Origin: Mayamaea pseudoterrestris
Lineage: Eukaryota
Length of the DNA stretch: 64,000 bases
Assembly: GCA_027923505.1 (NCBI GenBank)
Contig: BROI01000014.1
Location: forward strand, 372,001-436,000
Direction of reading: 5' to 3'
A program made the translations under genes and the position numbers. The notes beneath the pieces were generated by a model. That model did no database searches and was not told where the DNA came from. It saw only the letters and a program-made list of their open reading frames with translations. Shown here one piece after another: positions 1 to 9,884 of this stretch. Every line of letters begins with the position of its first letter. Position 1 is the first letter of the stretch.

Positions 1-277
1 CCACCGCCACTAGCGACCTTGGAGCTGCTTCCGGCGTTTCAGCAATGTCATGGGCTTCGTCCAGGTCCAAAGTGGCGTCGGCAAAGAACGGGGATGAATG
101 ATTTCCGTAGCTGTATTGACTGTGACTTCGATTGGAATGATCGTCCATCTGCAGCGAGTTGACATTGGTATTGCTGTTCACTGGCGTTAGCAAGTCAGGT
201 TGAAAATTAATGGAGCTTTCCTCAAAACCAATCAAGTCATTCTCAGTAGTGTCCGTAGATGGTGAAGTTTCCGCCAT
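1..277 (-). CDS. Partial CDS (N-terminus of an unknown protein, runs off the window start)
   Basis: ATG at 277 and an open frame to position 1: MAETSPSTDTTENDLIGFEESSINFQPDLL...EAAPRSLVAV. Divergent from the gene at 493. Confidence 0.6.
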   Translation of the reverse strand, partial: MAETSPSTDTTENDLIGFEESSINFQPDLLTPVNSNTNVNSLQMDDHSNRSHSQYSYGNHSSPFFADATLDLDEAHDIAETPEAAPRSLVAV

Positions 278-492
278 GGTGCGTGTGACAGAGACAAAAA
301 AGTGGAAACTGCCATGGTGGCGAGGCAAGACGAGGTGTGACGCTTGTCTGTCCGTCCCTCTGGCACTTAGGCGTGTTTGAAAACTCACGTACGACATGGA
401 AAGCGCGACTGACGGCGATCGGCCATGGCGCGCCATTTCCGTCGTCATTTTCGTTCCAAGCTCCAAGCGCTCAACCCGTTCATATTCCTACG

Positions 493-1230
493 ATGCAAGA
501 CCAAGAAAAACATCAACAGAAACCACAGCAACAAAATCATAAACATGGAGTGCCTCCAGATGGCATGGAATGTCTCTGTACGATGGAAGACATTACGGAA
601 GAGAATTATGGTGAGTATGCATGTACATAGGATTTTTGCTCATGACAGCTGGCGACGATGAGTGATGCTTGTTGTCGGTGCAAGGAGACTGAGAGTATTA
701 TATGTAATGCTGCAAAGAGGCCCTCCTATTCTTGTCATCTGCGCGACTTTTAAACCTCATTGGCCATCAATTCTTCCTTCATTCTCAATCTGTTTTTCCA
801 TCCTCGCTCTTTCAAATAATACGTAGTTGAATACCAATCCTACCCCAGCCTCAAATGGTCACCGGCACTGTATGAGCAGTCAGTCGTGGAGGAATTGCTC
901 AAGACGCAGTTTCACGACTACGTGCAACGACTTGGAACAAGCAACTGTCAAGCCGAGCTACGACGCATGCTTGGCAAGGGACCACCCATTTATATAGAAG
1001 ATGTTAACGCATTGCCACTACCAGATGGCGATGAGTATATATGTCAGTTATACTACAGTTCCGATGGTCAGGAGCGATCGGCCATGCTGGATGGAGCCGT
1101 GCAAGGAGACGAACGACAAGCTCTTTGGGACGAGCTCAAGCGATTCATTGTAGTGGAAGGCAAGGAAGAAGGAGATGATGATGACGACGAAGAGAATGGA
1201 TATGTCAATAATGATAACAATAAGAGATGA
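493..1230 (+). CDS. Hypothetical protein, 2 exons (493-610, 827-1230)
   Basis: Intron 611-826 (GTGAGT...ACGTAG) joins ECLCTMEDITEENY to VEYQSYPSLKWSPALYEQSVVEELL in frame. Acidic C-terminus. Confidence 0.75.
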
Positions 1231-1320
1231 TTATTACAAGACGTGTCATGTTTATGCGACTACAATTAACGTAGCTGCGTCATGAATAATGCACCACTAC
1301 CAGTGGCAGCAGTAGCAACA

Positions 1321-2283
1321 TTACACCACTGACAAGCAGTCGCCTTGCTGCACTAGCAATCCGGACATGCCTCGTAAGCTAACTTGCTTCAACAAGTCCA
1401 TCATGGTTGACGACATGCTACGAAAACATGCCTGCATTTGCTTTTGCAGCGACGATTGAATGACCTTTTTCGTGCCACGTTCGAGTACATCCACAACAAT
1501 CTTGTGCTGATCGTACAGCCACCACCTGCTGTTGGAGCTGCTGCCCTTGTCTACTGCAATAGAAGTACGTGCTGCAGTAGTTTCCTCTCGCCCAGTACTA
1601 GAAAAGAAGGCTTCCAGTTCCTTCCACATGGTTCGAAAGTAGGCGTTCCAAAGCTCCGCCACGACTATCCGCTTGACCATCTTGTAGCAATGCGGCAAGA
1701 CTGTATCCATAACATAGACACGAGCGTTTCCGTCTAGAACTATACTCGTCAGGGGCGTCAATAGCTCGCCAAGACTCATGCCAGGCTTGATCCAGGCCAA
1801 CCAATACAAGCTCATGCTTGTCGACACAACTTGCTCCCATGTAAAGAACGACATGACGGAACTACTGCCGAAACTAGTCGTCGCAACCAGCAAAAGCATT
1901 CCTCCCGTAATTCCCCAAAAGATGACTTGCTTTGCCGATCGTGGAGTTTGCTTCTGTCTCGTTGAATTGCTTGTTTCAAGCAAGGCTTGCTCCTCGCTGC
2001 GCAATCGCTCCAAAAAGTCCGAGTCCAATTCACCAACAGCAAATGACTCCATGCGTTCCGAAAGCTTGTTTGGAACTCCTTTGAGATGAATTGGCTTTTG
2101 TCGACTTGGAATGGAAGGTAATATATTTGGTAGGGACGAATTGGAATCTCCTATAGCTGCTGCTGCATCTTGAGGCGATTGCTGCTTGGTCGATGAGGAG
2201 GATGCTGCAGTTGCTGTCGACGTTGAGATTGCTGCAGCGGCAGCACAACATAGAACAATCTTGCTACTTTTAAGTTTCATCAT
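1321..2283 (-). CDS. Hypothetical protein with N-terminal signal-like peptide and internal hydrophobic segments
   Basis: Long ORF. Likely start MMKLKSSKIVLCCAAAAAISTSTATA. TM-like segment VIFWGITGGMLLLVATTSF. Confidence 0.65.
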   Translation of the reverse strand: MMKLKSSKIVLCCAAAAAISTSTATAASSSSTKQQSPQDAAAAIGDSNSSLPNILPSIPSRQKPIHLKGVPNKLSERMESFAVGELDSDFLERLRSEEQALLETSNSTRQKQTPRSAKQVIFWGITGGMLLLVATTSFGSSSVMSFFTWEQVVSTSMSLYWLAWIKPGMSLGELLTPLTSIVLDGNARVYVMDTVLPHCYKMVKRIVVAELWNAYFRTMWKELEAFFSSTGREETTAARTSIAVDKGSSSNSRWWLYDQHKIVVDVLERGTKKVIQSSLQKQMQACFRSMSSTMMDLLKQVSLRGMSGLLVQQGDCLSVV

Positions 2284-2702
2284 GGCAGAAAACGACAAGC
2301 TGCAGTGTGCTGCTTTTGGTGCGAACAATGGTTGCCAAAGAAACTGGAGCATCCAATGTCGCCGACTCGCGTTTCGCCGCACCACGTTTGAAATTGTCGC
2401 AGCGCTATAAAGAAAAGCGGTATGATGATGGCGGGATCTCTGTAATAATCAACCTTGTCACCACGAATCTGAACCTGCTACCGCAAACCGCAGTAGGTGC
2501 TTGACAAAGTAGTTGCTGTAATGGATACAGGCTATGAGTAGGATGAACGTGGGCGTGGTGATACTAGCTCCCTTAAGTGACTAAGTATGTCGACTTAAGC
2601 TCAGTCAAGCTAAGCTAAGCTAATCTATCCTACAACGGTCTTACCCTTGTCGTTGTAGCTCCAGCTGTATACCGCTTCTAGTAAATATTTTGACAAGGCT
2701 TC

Positions 2703-4739
2703 TTAATAGTGTCCCCGCCGGACGCAATGCTCATCCAGTGCCCCCGCCGATCGAAATACCTTATGACAGTGGTCGCACACGAGCCCATGTTTGCGACGAC
2801 AATGGTCATCTCGTTCCTTCGTGCTCCGAAATGATCGATAACACTCAAGGCAAGTAAGCTGCTGCTTTAAAGCGCGCTTTTCTTCCTGCTTTTCAGCTTC
2901 TATTTCTCGTTGTATGCGTTCAGCTTCTTGTCGGTAAGCAATTTCCTTAACTTTTTGATTGACGAGAATGCTGATCTTCTTGTTGGCTTTTTCGAGCTCG
3001 TCTGCCCGCTGCTTCCGCTGTTGTCTACGTAAAATTGCATCATGTGACCGCTGATAATCATATTGCATAACTTTCTGTCGAAGTTCGTGCTCCTTTTCCT
3101 TTAGTCGATCCATTTCTTTCTCAACGTCCAGCAGTTCGTTTCGGTAACCCTCTTCTTCAGTACATGAATTGTCCCCGGCAGGATCGGCTGAGTGCCCAAC
3201 AAGCTGCGCATTATTGCGTCTTCGTCCATATCGCCGTTGCGAACCAGCATCCAAAGGAGGATCAACAAAAATATGCCCGAGTTCCTCATTGGAGCAGTCT
3301 AGACAGAAGAGCTGCGTCTTGCCGCGCTCAGGGTCATCCATGGTTATGCCAACTGTCCGGGTGGCAAAGTAAACATGAAGTCTAACACCCTTGCTCGTTT
3401 GGAATGTAATTGCTTCGTGTTTCTCGCTACAGACCAATTCCTGTATGCCTCCGACGACTGCTGCTGCGCCGCGTACAAACTCCACAGTCCATCCTGCATC
3501 AGAAGATGTTGCCTTGGTCGATGACGCTAATTGTTTGTTGACCACGTGCACCAACTTTTCGCCCGTTGATGCACGATCAACGATCCACCCATTGGCGTCC
3601 TTCACTCTGTAAAAATTGATGTCGCCATTCGTCAGCTTGCGATCACAATCAAGATTGGTCCCAGGCACATAGTTTTTATCACTGCATTGCATGTCATTGA
3701 GTCGAGACGCATGCGACTGGCGCGGCAGCGAAATGCGCACTTCGTCGTCAGTAAGTGTCACCCAATAGTTGTTGGTTTCCCTCTGGTGCTCGGTGGCAGC
3801 GTCTTGTCGCTGATCATCTTGCTCGAGTGATTCTTGACAATAATGACCCACTGGCTGGAGGTAAAGCATGATACCATGGGGTGGATTTAGAACAGATACG
3901 GTCCACTGACCGGACTCGACAGTGATTTGTTGTAGAAGCTGCTCCTTATTCTCGTTTTCCATGACCCAACCCCACCCATCTGTCAAATGAATGAAGGGAC
4001 CACAATTACTTGCATTCACGGAGTGTGGGCGGTAGACAAAATCCGCGACACAAATGTCACCTCGTCGTATTCGTCTTCCCGTCAGACTTTCCGTACCCCG
4101 CCTTGGCAGTGCACGTATGACAACGTCAGTCAGTGCTTGAAACGCAAACAAACCAGCTTCGACGCAATGCTCCTCAATCAGCATTTCGCCAGCATCTTTA
4201 CGCGAAGAGCCAAGTCTCTTTTCAACAAGCCATCCATTTGTACCTTGGACTCGATAGAAGCAAATGCCATTTTGAGGGTTTTGAACCTTGCAGTCGCAAT
4301 ATACCTTTTGCAACGGATCGTAGATTGTCAGCTTCTTCTTCCTGTCTCTGCTGCTTCGACTATAGTGACACATTTCGGCTCGATCCGTCGGATGTTTCAA
4401 CAAAACCTGTCCCTCTGGATAATTGCCAATGTAAAAGGACCAGAGTCCGCTCTGCACTGCCACTCGTTGCATGGTTTGTTCCAGTTCCTTGCGCTCAAAC
4501 AGCCATCCAGTAGCATCCGCTAATCGAAGATATGGACCGCCACTGATACTGCTACTATTTGATATATCATCAGTAGAACTGCACAATATACGATCCATGG
4601 CCACCATGTCGCCTGGCATGTAGAGTTGACCAGTGCGAGAAACGTTGCAGTCGCTCGGCTTGTATCGAACCTCAATTGGTTCGTCGCCAATCACTTGGTA
4701 GACGAAGCAGCCATCTTCTGCGTGCATTGAGTGGTCCAT
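2703..4739 (-). CDS. Multi-SH3b-like repeat / coiled-coil / C2H2 zinc-finger protein (paralogue A)
   Basis: 678-aa ORF with four repeats ending in GW motifs (LADATGWLFE, VQGTNGWLVE, LTDGWGWVME, VKDANGWIVD), a coiled coil, and two C-terminal C2H2 fingers (CLEC..H..H, CDHC..H..H). Confidence 0.8.
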   Translation of the reverse strand: MDHSMHAEDGCFVYQVIGDEPIEVRYKPSDCNVSRTGQLYMPGDMVAMDRILCSSTDDISNSSSISGGPYLRLADATGWLFERKELEQTMQRVAVQSGLWSFYIGNYPEGQVLLKHPTDRAEMCHYSRSSRDRKKKLTIYDPLQKVYCDCKVQNPQNGICFYRVQGTNGWLVEKRLGSSRKDAGEMLIEEHCVEAGLFAFQALTDVVIRALPRRGTESLTGRRIRRGDICVADFVYRPHSVNASNCGPFIHLTDGWGWVMENENKEQLLQQITVESGQWTVSVLNPPHGIMLYLQPVGHYCQESLEQDDQRQDAATEHQRETNNYWVTLTDDEVRISLPRQSHASRLNDMQCSDKNYVPGTNLDCDRKLTNGDINFYRVKDANGWIVDRASTGEKLVHVVNKQLASSTKATSSDAGWTVEFVRGAAAVVGGIQELVCSEKHEAITFQTSKGVRLHVYFATRTVGITMDDPERGKTQLFCLDCSNEELGHIFVDPPLDAGSQRRYGRRRNNAQLVGHSADPAGDNSCTEEEGYRNELLDVEKEMDRLKEKEHELRQKVMQYDYQRSHDAILRRQQRKQRADELEKANKKISILVNQKVKEIAYRQEAERIQREIEAEKQEEKRALKQQLTCLECYRSFRSTKERDDHCRRKHGLVCDHCHKVFRSAGALDEHCVRRGHY

Positions 4740-5096
4740 GTTCCAAACAAATTAGATCTGTATTGCTTGCTTACTGATCCTTGCTAGAAACGTTTCCGGA
4801 TTTGTTGGAAGGTACGTCGCTTGCATGGTGGCGCGAGGGCGAGGGTCAAGGTTGGCGTCGAAGAACAAACGCAAATTGGCGATGCGTAAGTATCGTAGCG
4901 GTAATGGACTACCTTTCCGTCGTCCGTCATTCTGGTAAGGCAAGGCCTTAAATCTACGATATAATGAACAACGTCTCTTTAAATCAAAAGAATTGATTGA
5001 TGCTAACGACAAAAGGCTTAAGGATTTTAACTATGCACGAAACGCGGCAGATCACCGCGTAGAAACGAGAGGCAGCTCTGAGCGTCGAGTTTCCTT

Positions 5097-6233
5097 TTAC
5101 ATGACGCAACTCGGATAGTGACTACTCGTCACACAAGTACCTCCAGCATAGCTTTCATCCAACACATCCAAGTCTTCGTCTCCAACCACCATGCCGCATG
5201 TCGATGCATGTACGCCAAGCCCAACGCCTCCTCGTACACTCGGCTCATCCAGCTCGCGTCCATAGTGCCGCTTGGTATGTTCATGGCTCGAGTCATTGTC
5301 CGAAAGCACAATGGGGCTCACCACCTTGCAGTCAGGACATAGGACAAACTCGGCGTCGCCAATGGTGACGAGGCACGAGTTGCACACCAAACAGTCACAA
5401 ATGGTAACTTGGCCTAGCTCAATGGCGCGCAGAGTTTCCTCGCTGCCGCGCAAGCGCTCGTAGACACCCGGCGTAATTTCAATGGTGGGGTAGCGAAAGT
5501 AGGGTTGCTGCTGTTTTCGATGATTGGGATAGTCGGACGTTACCAATGGAGGGGCGGAAATGCTGGCAGGATTGTCGCTGCTGTTGCTTCTTCCAACGCC
5601 GCGGAGCGAAATGACCGTCTTGGCGGGTGACATGGCGGGATCAACCTGCATGGATCGTGAGCGACCGATACCTCGTTTTACAGGAGCGCCCTTTTTGTCC
5701 TGACCTAACAATTTGGTAGGAAAGATGCTCTTGAGCTGCTCCTCCGACCCGTCGTAGGTCATGCGGACGGCTCCAACGCCAGAGTTGATTCGCTGGACTC
5801 GCCTCTTTTGCTCCATGTGACTACTAGCGCTCATGACTTTGTTAACGCTTTGGGTAGAGTCATGGCTATTTGTGCGATTGATATTTCGGCTTGAATGGCC
5901 GTTGCCTTTGGTGAGGCGGGCCTTGGAAAGAACCTGCTGGGGATCAAGATCCTTGATGGAAAGAACGGCAATCGTGGAAGGGTAATTATTTCGTTGCGGA
6001 TATTGTTGCTGCTGGCGTTGACTATCTTGTTGTTGCTGTTCCACTTGCTCTTGCCTTGTTTGGCTCACCAGATTGGAGAGGTCAACGAACCTTCCGCAAT
6101 ACTCCATGCAAAGCAAATCGACTGGGTCTTCTTCAAGTATACATCCGCTAATGCCAGACTCGATGCTTCCTAGTAGGCTATCAACGGTACGATTGCTTTT
6201 CTTCATGCTTGAGCGGTGCATGGAAGGTCTCAT
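5097..6233 (-). CDS. Low-complexity protein with C-terminal CxxC-x14-CxxC zinc ribbon (LSD1-like spacing)
   Basis: 378-aa ORF. Motif EITPGVYERLRGSEET...CLVCNSCLVTIGDAEFVLCPDCKVVSP...GGVGLG. Confidence 0.75.
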   Translation of the reverse strand: MRPSMHRSSMKKSNRTVDSLLGSIESGISGCILEEDPVDLLCMEYCGRFVDLSNLVSQTRQEQVEQQQQDSQRQQQQYPQRNNYPSTIAVLSIKDLDPQQVLSKARLTKGNGHSSRNINRTNSHDSTQSVNKVMSASSHMEQKRRVQRINSGVGAVRMTYDGSEEQLKSIFPTKLLGQDKKGAPVKRGIGRSRSMQVDPAMSPAKTVISLRGVGRSNSSDNPASISAPPLVTSDYPNHRKQQQPYFRYPTIEITPGVYERLRGSEETLRAIELGQVTICDCLVCNSCLVTIGDAEFVLCPDCKVVSPIVLSDNDSSHEHTKRHYGRELDEPSVRGGVGLGVHASTCGMVVGDEDLDVLDESYAGGTCVTSSHYPSCVM

Positions 6234-6904
6234 GATGTATAAATGTTTCGTTTCAAACGGAGAAACGAATTGGCAGTTGCAAGTCGCTGGCTTCTTTTGG
6301 CAGGATCAGAAACGCCTTGCTGGCTGCCCCGCTGCTGCCAAGATCACACTTTCGCCGCGACAGCGGAGGTCATCGAATTTTTTCGCTGGTTTTAATCGTC
6401 AATGGACAGCGTTGATCGCGAGGGCTATGCTTGATTGGTCGTACCATCCGTCGAGATTAGTTAAGCCTGTTCTTATGCCTTGTAAGAGTATTTAACCCTA
6501 CGACTTCGTCATGATACATTTGCCCTCCCACCGCGGGATCGTGAATCGCCACTGTTTATCGGATAGTAGACCGACACGCCAGTTCCTTGATCCGCTTGAC
6601 TCACGTCATTGAAGTTTGCTGACTACTGTAACATGGTTTTCAAGACGTAAATGAAGGGACAAAACTCCTCGACAACAAGAACGACAGTACGAAAATGCGC
6701 CGAGGTGACTCGTTCTTGCATCTGATGCTGTCACTGGATGGTTTGACCGAGCGGCGATTTCGCCTCGGCGAGTAATTTCAAGTGTATCAGCGTGTCATCT
6801 CCGACTACTACTTCGAGCATCCAAAACACTGGATAGCAAGTCAAAGCCTATGGCCTCCCAACTTTACAATGAATAGCAAAACTGATTCATTGACCTGCCA
6901 ATAT

Positions 6905-7048
6905 ACAAGCCCAAAGTCACGTGCGATACCTTACATATCGACGGGAAGATATCTGGCTCACTGGATTACACTTGCAGCGATACACAAGCCCAAGATCACT
7001 ACTTCTTGGGTGCACAACATATTGACGGGAAGATATCTGGCTCACGTG
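6905..7048. repeat. Imperfect intergenic direct repeat (29-nt core, 84-nt period)
   Basis: ACATATCGACGGGAAGATATCTGGCTCAC (6933-6961) vs ACATATTGACGGGAAGATATCTGGCTCAC (7017-7045). ACAAGCCCAA precedes each copy (6905, 6984). Confidence 0.9.
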
Positions 7049-7526
7049 ATTCATCCATATCGTTGTGAGACAATGACGCAAGACGCAACAATGACATGCA
7101 TGTGCGCTCGGCAGAGAAAGGTCAATTATCCCGTAGTACACCATTGCAAGTTGTGAATGCTCGCAGGAGAAGGACAACAACAGGTCTAGTAAGTAGACAC
7201 TTTCTGTGGGTGGCTACGCATCACAGATAATGGGGCACGGCCAAATATTCTCTGTTTCAGTTGTATACCGGAACCCCCGGCTCTTCTGATCATGAGTTTC
7301 GCTAATCTTTCAGCGAGACTTATCAGCCGATGCATCAACTATCAAGTACCATAGACCATAGGCAATAAATGGTCCGCAGTCGCCCTTCAGAGCTAGCCAG
7401 TATTCTATGCGTACGCACACACATAACAAACTACTATGACGTGTATCTACCGTAGAATATGGCGTACTGTATTGAATATAATATACTGGTAGAGCAGCAC
7501 GCCGGAAAGACGGGCAGACAGCCAAA

Positions 7527-9884
7527 TCATTGGTTAATCATTTGCCGACTGCTGTCAACAAACGCATTTCGGTCTGTTCGGGTTGTCGTTAACCAATTCG
7601 TGATAGAGCGGCCCATTTGGATGGGAAGCTCGTCATGAGGACAATGACCAGCCTGCAGCGGGTCCAATGCAATTCCTTTTCGCAAGGAACCAAACCGATT
7701 CATTCGATCAGTAGCATCATTAAGAGGATCAAGCACTCCTTGTGCAATTAGTACTGGTCCGGTAAAAACCGATTCCTTTATCGGGCAATCGACGCTTTCT
7801 GGGCCACCAAAGTCCGCCAATAGCAGCTCGTTGGCGGTTCTCGGAGTAGGTAACTTGGCGCCAGCCATCATAACGTTGATGGCTCCGGGGTCCAGTGAGT
7901 CGCGAAGAATGCTGCCGCAGAGCGCATCGTCAACGGCAGATGGATTGGTTGGATAGAGATTTTTACAAATGGATTGAATCCGAGGCCGAAGGTATCCAAG
8001 CAAAGCTCCACCAATCGCTCGAGCAAGTGGTCGGCTTGGTGGTTTGCAAGGCGGGAGAGCCTTCAACATAGTGGCTTGCGCAATCGATAGAGACTGTACA
8101 TTCTTAGTGTCGCGTGCCATCTTTTCAATCTCAACTCGCGACATTAAAGGCCCAGCCGAGTTCATCAGTATCAACCCACTGCATCGACTCGAGCCCGGTC
8201 CACCTGTAGAACTAATTTCGCCTGCGTCAATGGTTGCAGTGTCGCATGCAGCCAGCTGTAGACTTGTGAAACCTCCAATACTATTGCCTCCAACAACGTA
8301 AGACTTCCAACTGTTTTTGTGAACAGCAACCTCCTTGACAAAATCCAGCATCTGGGAATCCCACATGTAGCCCGTATAAGATATCGCTGGCTTTTCTGAT
8401 TGACCAAAGCCAATCAAGTCTGGTGCCATCCCTTGACAGACTTCTGAACTTGAATCGCAAAGTGAATGCATTAACTTGTTCCATTGCGTGCCGGATGCGC
8501 CAAAGCCATGAACCAGCAGGACGCCTTCGTTCATATTGTCATTGACACCCAAGTCCGTTTGGGCATACCGACATAAAAAGCCCTGATACCGCCAATATTT
8601 GTAAACTGTTTCACCTTGACCTTGATACGCAGCGTCAACCTGCATGTTTCGCGCCGCCAATAAATTATGCCATTCCCTCGACTCGACAAGGGTTCGCAGT
8701 GGACTTGGGAAGAACGCTGACCCGCCCTTGGACATGTGCCAAATGCGTCGGGGCGAAACAGTTCCAAACATGAGCGGCGCCGCCAGATACCGAACCATGG
8801 ACTCACCAGCCAGCCAGTTTGTATCGAGCCGCGCCATGTCATCACGACCATCGCCCCGCAACTGCCACTTCATGCTGGCATGCTCCAAGCTCCTTTCGTT
8901 CGCTGCGCATCCTTTCAGATGAAAAAGCGGATGGCGCAACCAATAGGCGTCTTGCTCTTGGCAATCTTGCGTATAGGCGCGTAATAGCTCAAGCACCCTT
9001 GACGAACCAATCGTTTGGGCACTCATGCCGCCCCAGTGTGATCCAAAAATGCCGCTGCAAGCTTCCGCGTCAACGCGTGCACTTTCCAAGCCAAGAAGAC
9101 TAGTCATGCGGGCAGTAACTTCTTCGTCAGTCGGAATGTTTGACGATGATGATAGCTGTATAAACGTCTTTTTTGTCGTCATCTCGCCAATATTCACTGG
9201 CAGTCTTGGCGTCTGTCCCTTGACATACTGCAACTCGTATTCGGTGAATCGATCCGAAAGTGTAGCGACATTGCCCCAAGGCTTGTCGCGTAAATTGCTG
9301 GACCATGGCCTGACGTCAATGCGAGCATTATCAAATTTTGACAGCGCCGAAAAGGCTCCATAGTGGAGCGCATTGTCGACTGGGCCAAGGTCGCAAACAT
9401 GGACTGTCACCTTTGAATAGTCGTCGTACTGCACAAGGACAGATTCGAGTGTACTCGTCAGACTCTCACCCGAAACTACTTGCAATGGAGCTTTCACTGT
9501 TGCCGTTAACGCGTCATTCAAATCATGCAAGGCAGATACAAGCATCTGGGCCGTGTCCTTGGTGTGAGCGACTGCCCCTGGAATATTGGAAATCGTGTCG
9601 TCCGACATGACGAAGAGCGGCAAAATGGCAGCGTCCGACAAATCGGTCAAAGCGTCATGCAGTCCTACATGATCGTCGACGCGCAAGTCGCCCACGCCAA
9701 ACAAGACAACGTGGAGGCGACTTGCAGAATCATGGGCAGCAGTTTCGGATACAGTCGTTACAGTCGACTGAAGCCTTGTCTCGTCGTCAACATTTCGTTG
9801 TTTCAGCAAAGGGAAAGACTGAAAGGCATTCGCCGATAGTCCCAGCAGGAACAGGGATAGTAGAGCTGACAGGCCGTGCCTCAT
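7527..9884 (-). CDS. Plastid-targeted photolyase-like domain + alpha/beta hydrolase (pheophytinase-related) fusion protein
   Basis: Signal peptide ending SANA-FQ. Photolyase N-terminal motif GDLRVDDHVGL and core-like LMFGTVSPRRIW. Hydrolase motifs LLVHGFGAS, PDLIGFGQSEKP, GNSIGG (nucleophile Ser) and GHCPHDE. Confidence 0.8.
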   Translation of the reverse strand: MRHGLSALLSLFLLGLSANAFQSFPLLKQRNVDDETRLQSTVTTVSETAAHDSASRLHVVLFGVGDLRVDDHVGLHDALTDLSDAAILPLFVMSDDTISNIPGAVAHTKDTAQMLVSALHDLNDALTATVKAPLQVVSGESLTSTLESVLVQYDDYSKVTVHVCDLGPVDNALHYGAFSALSKFDNARIDVRPWSSNLRDKPWGNVATLSDRFTEYELQYVKGQTPRLPVNIGEMTTKKTFIQLSSSSNIPTDEEVTARMTSLLGLESARVDAEACSGIFGSHWGGMSAQTIGSSRVLELLRAYTQDCQEQDAYWLRHPLFHLKGCAANERSLEHASMKWQLRGDGRDDMARLDTNWLAGESMVRYLAAPLMFGTVSPRRIWHMSKGGSAFFPSPLRTLVESREWHNLLAARNMQVDAAYQGQGETVYKYWRYQGFLCRYAQTDLGVNDNMNEGVLLVHGFGASGTQWNKLMHSLCDSSSEVCQGMAPDLIGFGQSEKPAISYTGYMWDSQMLDFVKEVAVHKNSWKSYVVGGNSIGGFTSLQLAACDTATIDAGEISSTGGPGSSRCSGLILMNSAGPLMSRVEIEKMARDTKNVQSLSIAQATMLKALPPCKPPSRPLARAIGGALLGYLRPRIQSICKNLYPTNPSAVDDALCGSILRDSLDPGAINVMMAGAKLPTPRTANELLLADFGGPESVDCPIKESVFTGPVLIAQGVLDPLNDATDRMNRFGSLRKGIALDPLQAGHCPHDELPIQMGRSITNWLTTTRTDRNAFVDSSRQMINQ

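Noticed and set aside
2607..2626. (AAGCT)3-AATCT short tandem repeat with nearby TAAG motifs
   Set aside because: Too short; simple slippage microsatellite, with no telomeric or transposon-end structure.
6933..7045. Repeat-spacer-repeat resembling a mini CRISPR array
   Set aside because: Only two copies, a 55-nt spacer that is itself partly repeated, eukaryotic context and no cas genes.
6782..7156. 124-aa ORF containing TGRYLAH twice
   Set aside because: The peptide repeat simply reflects the DNA direct repeat; GTG start and no coding signature.
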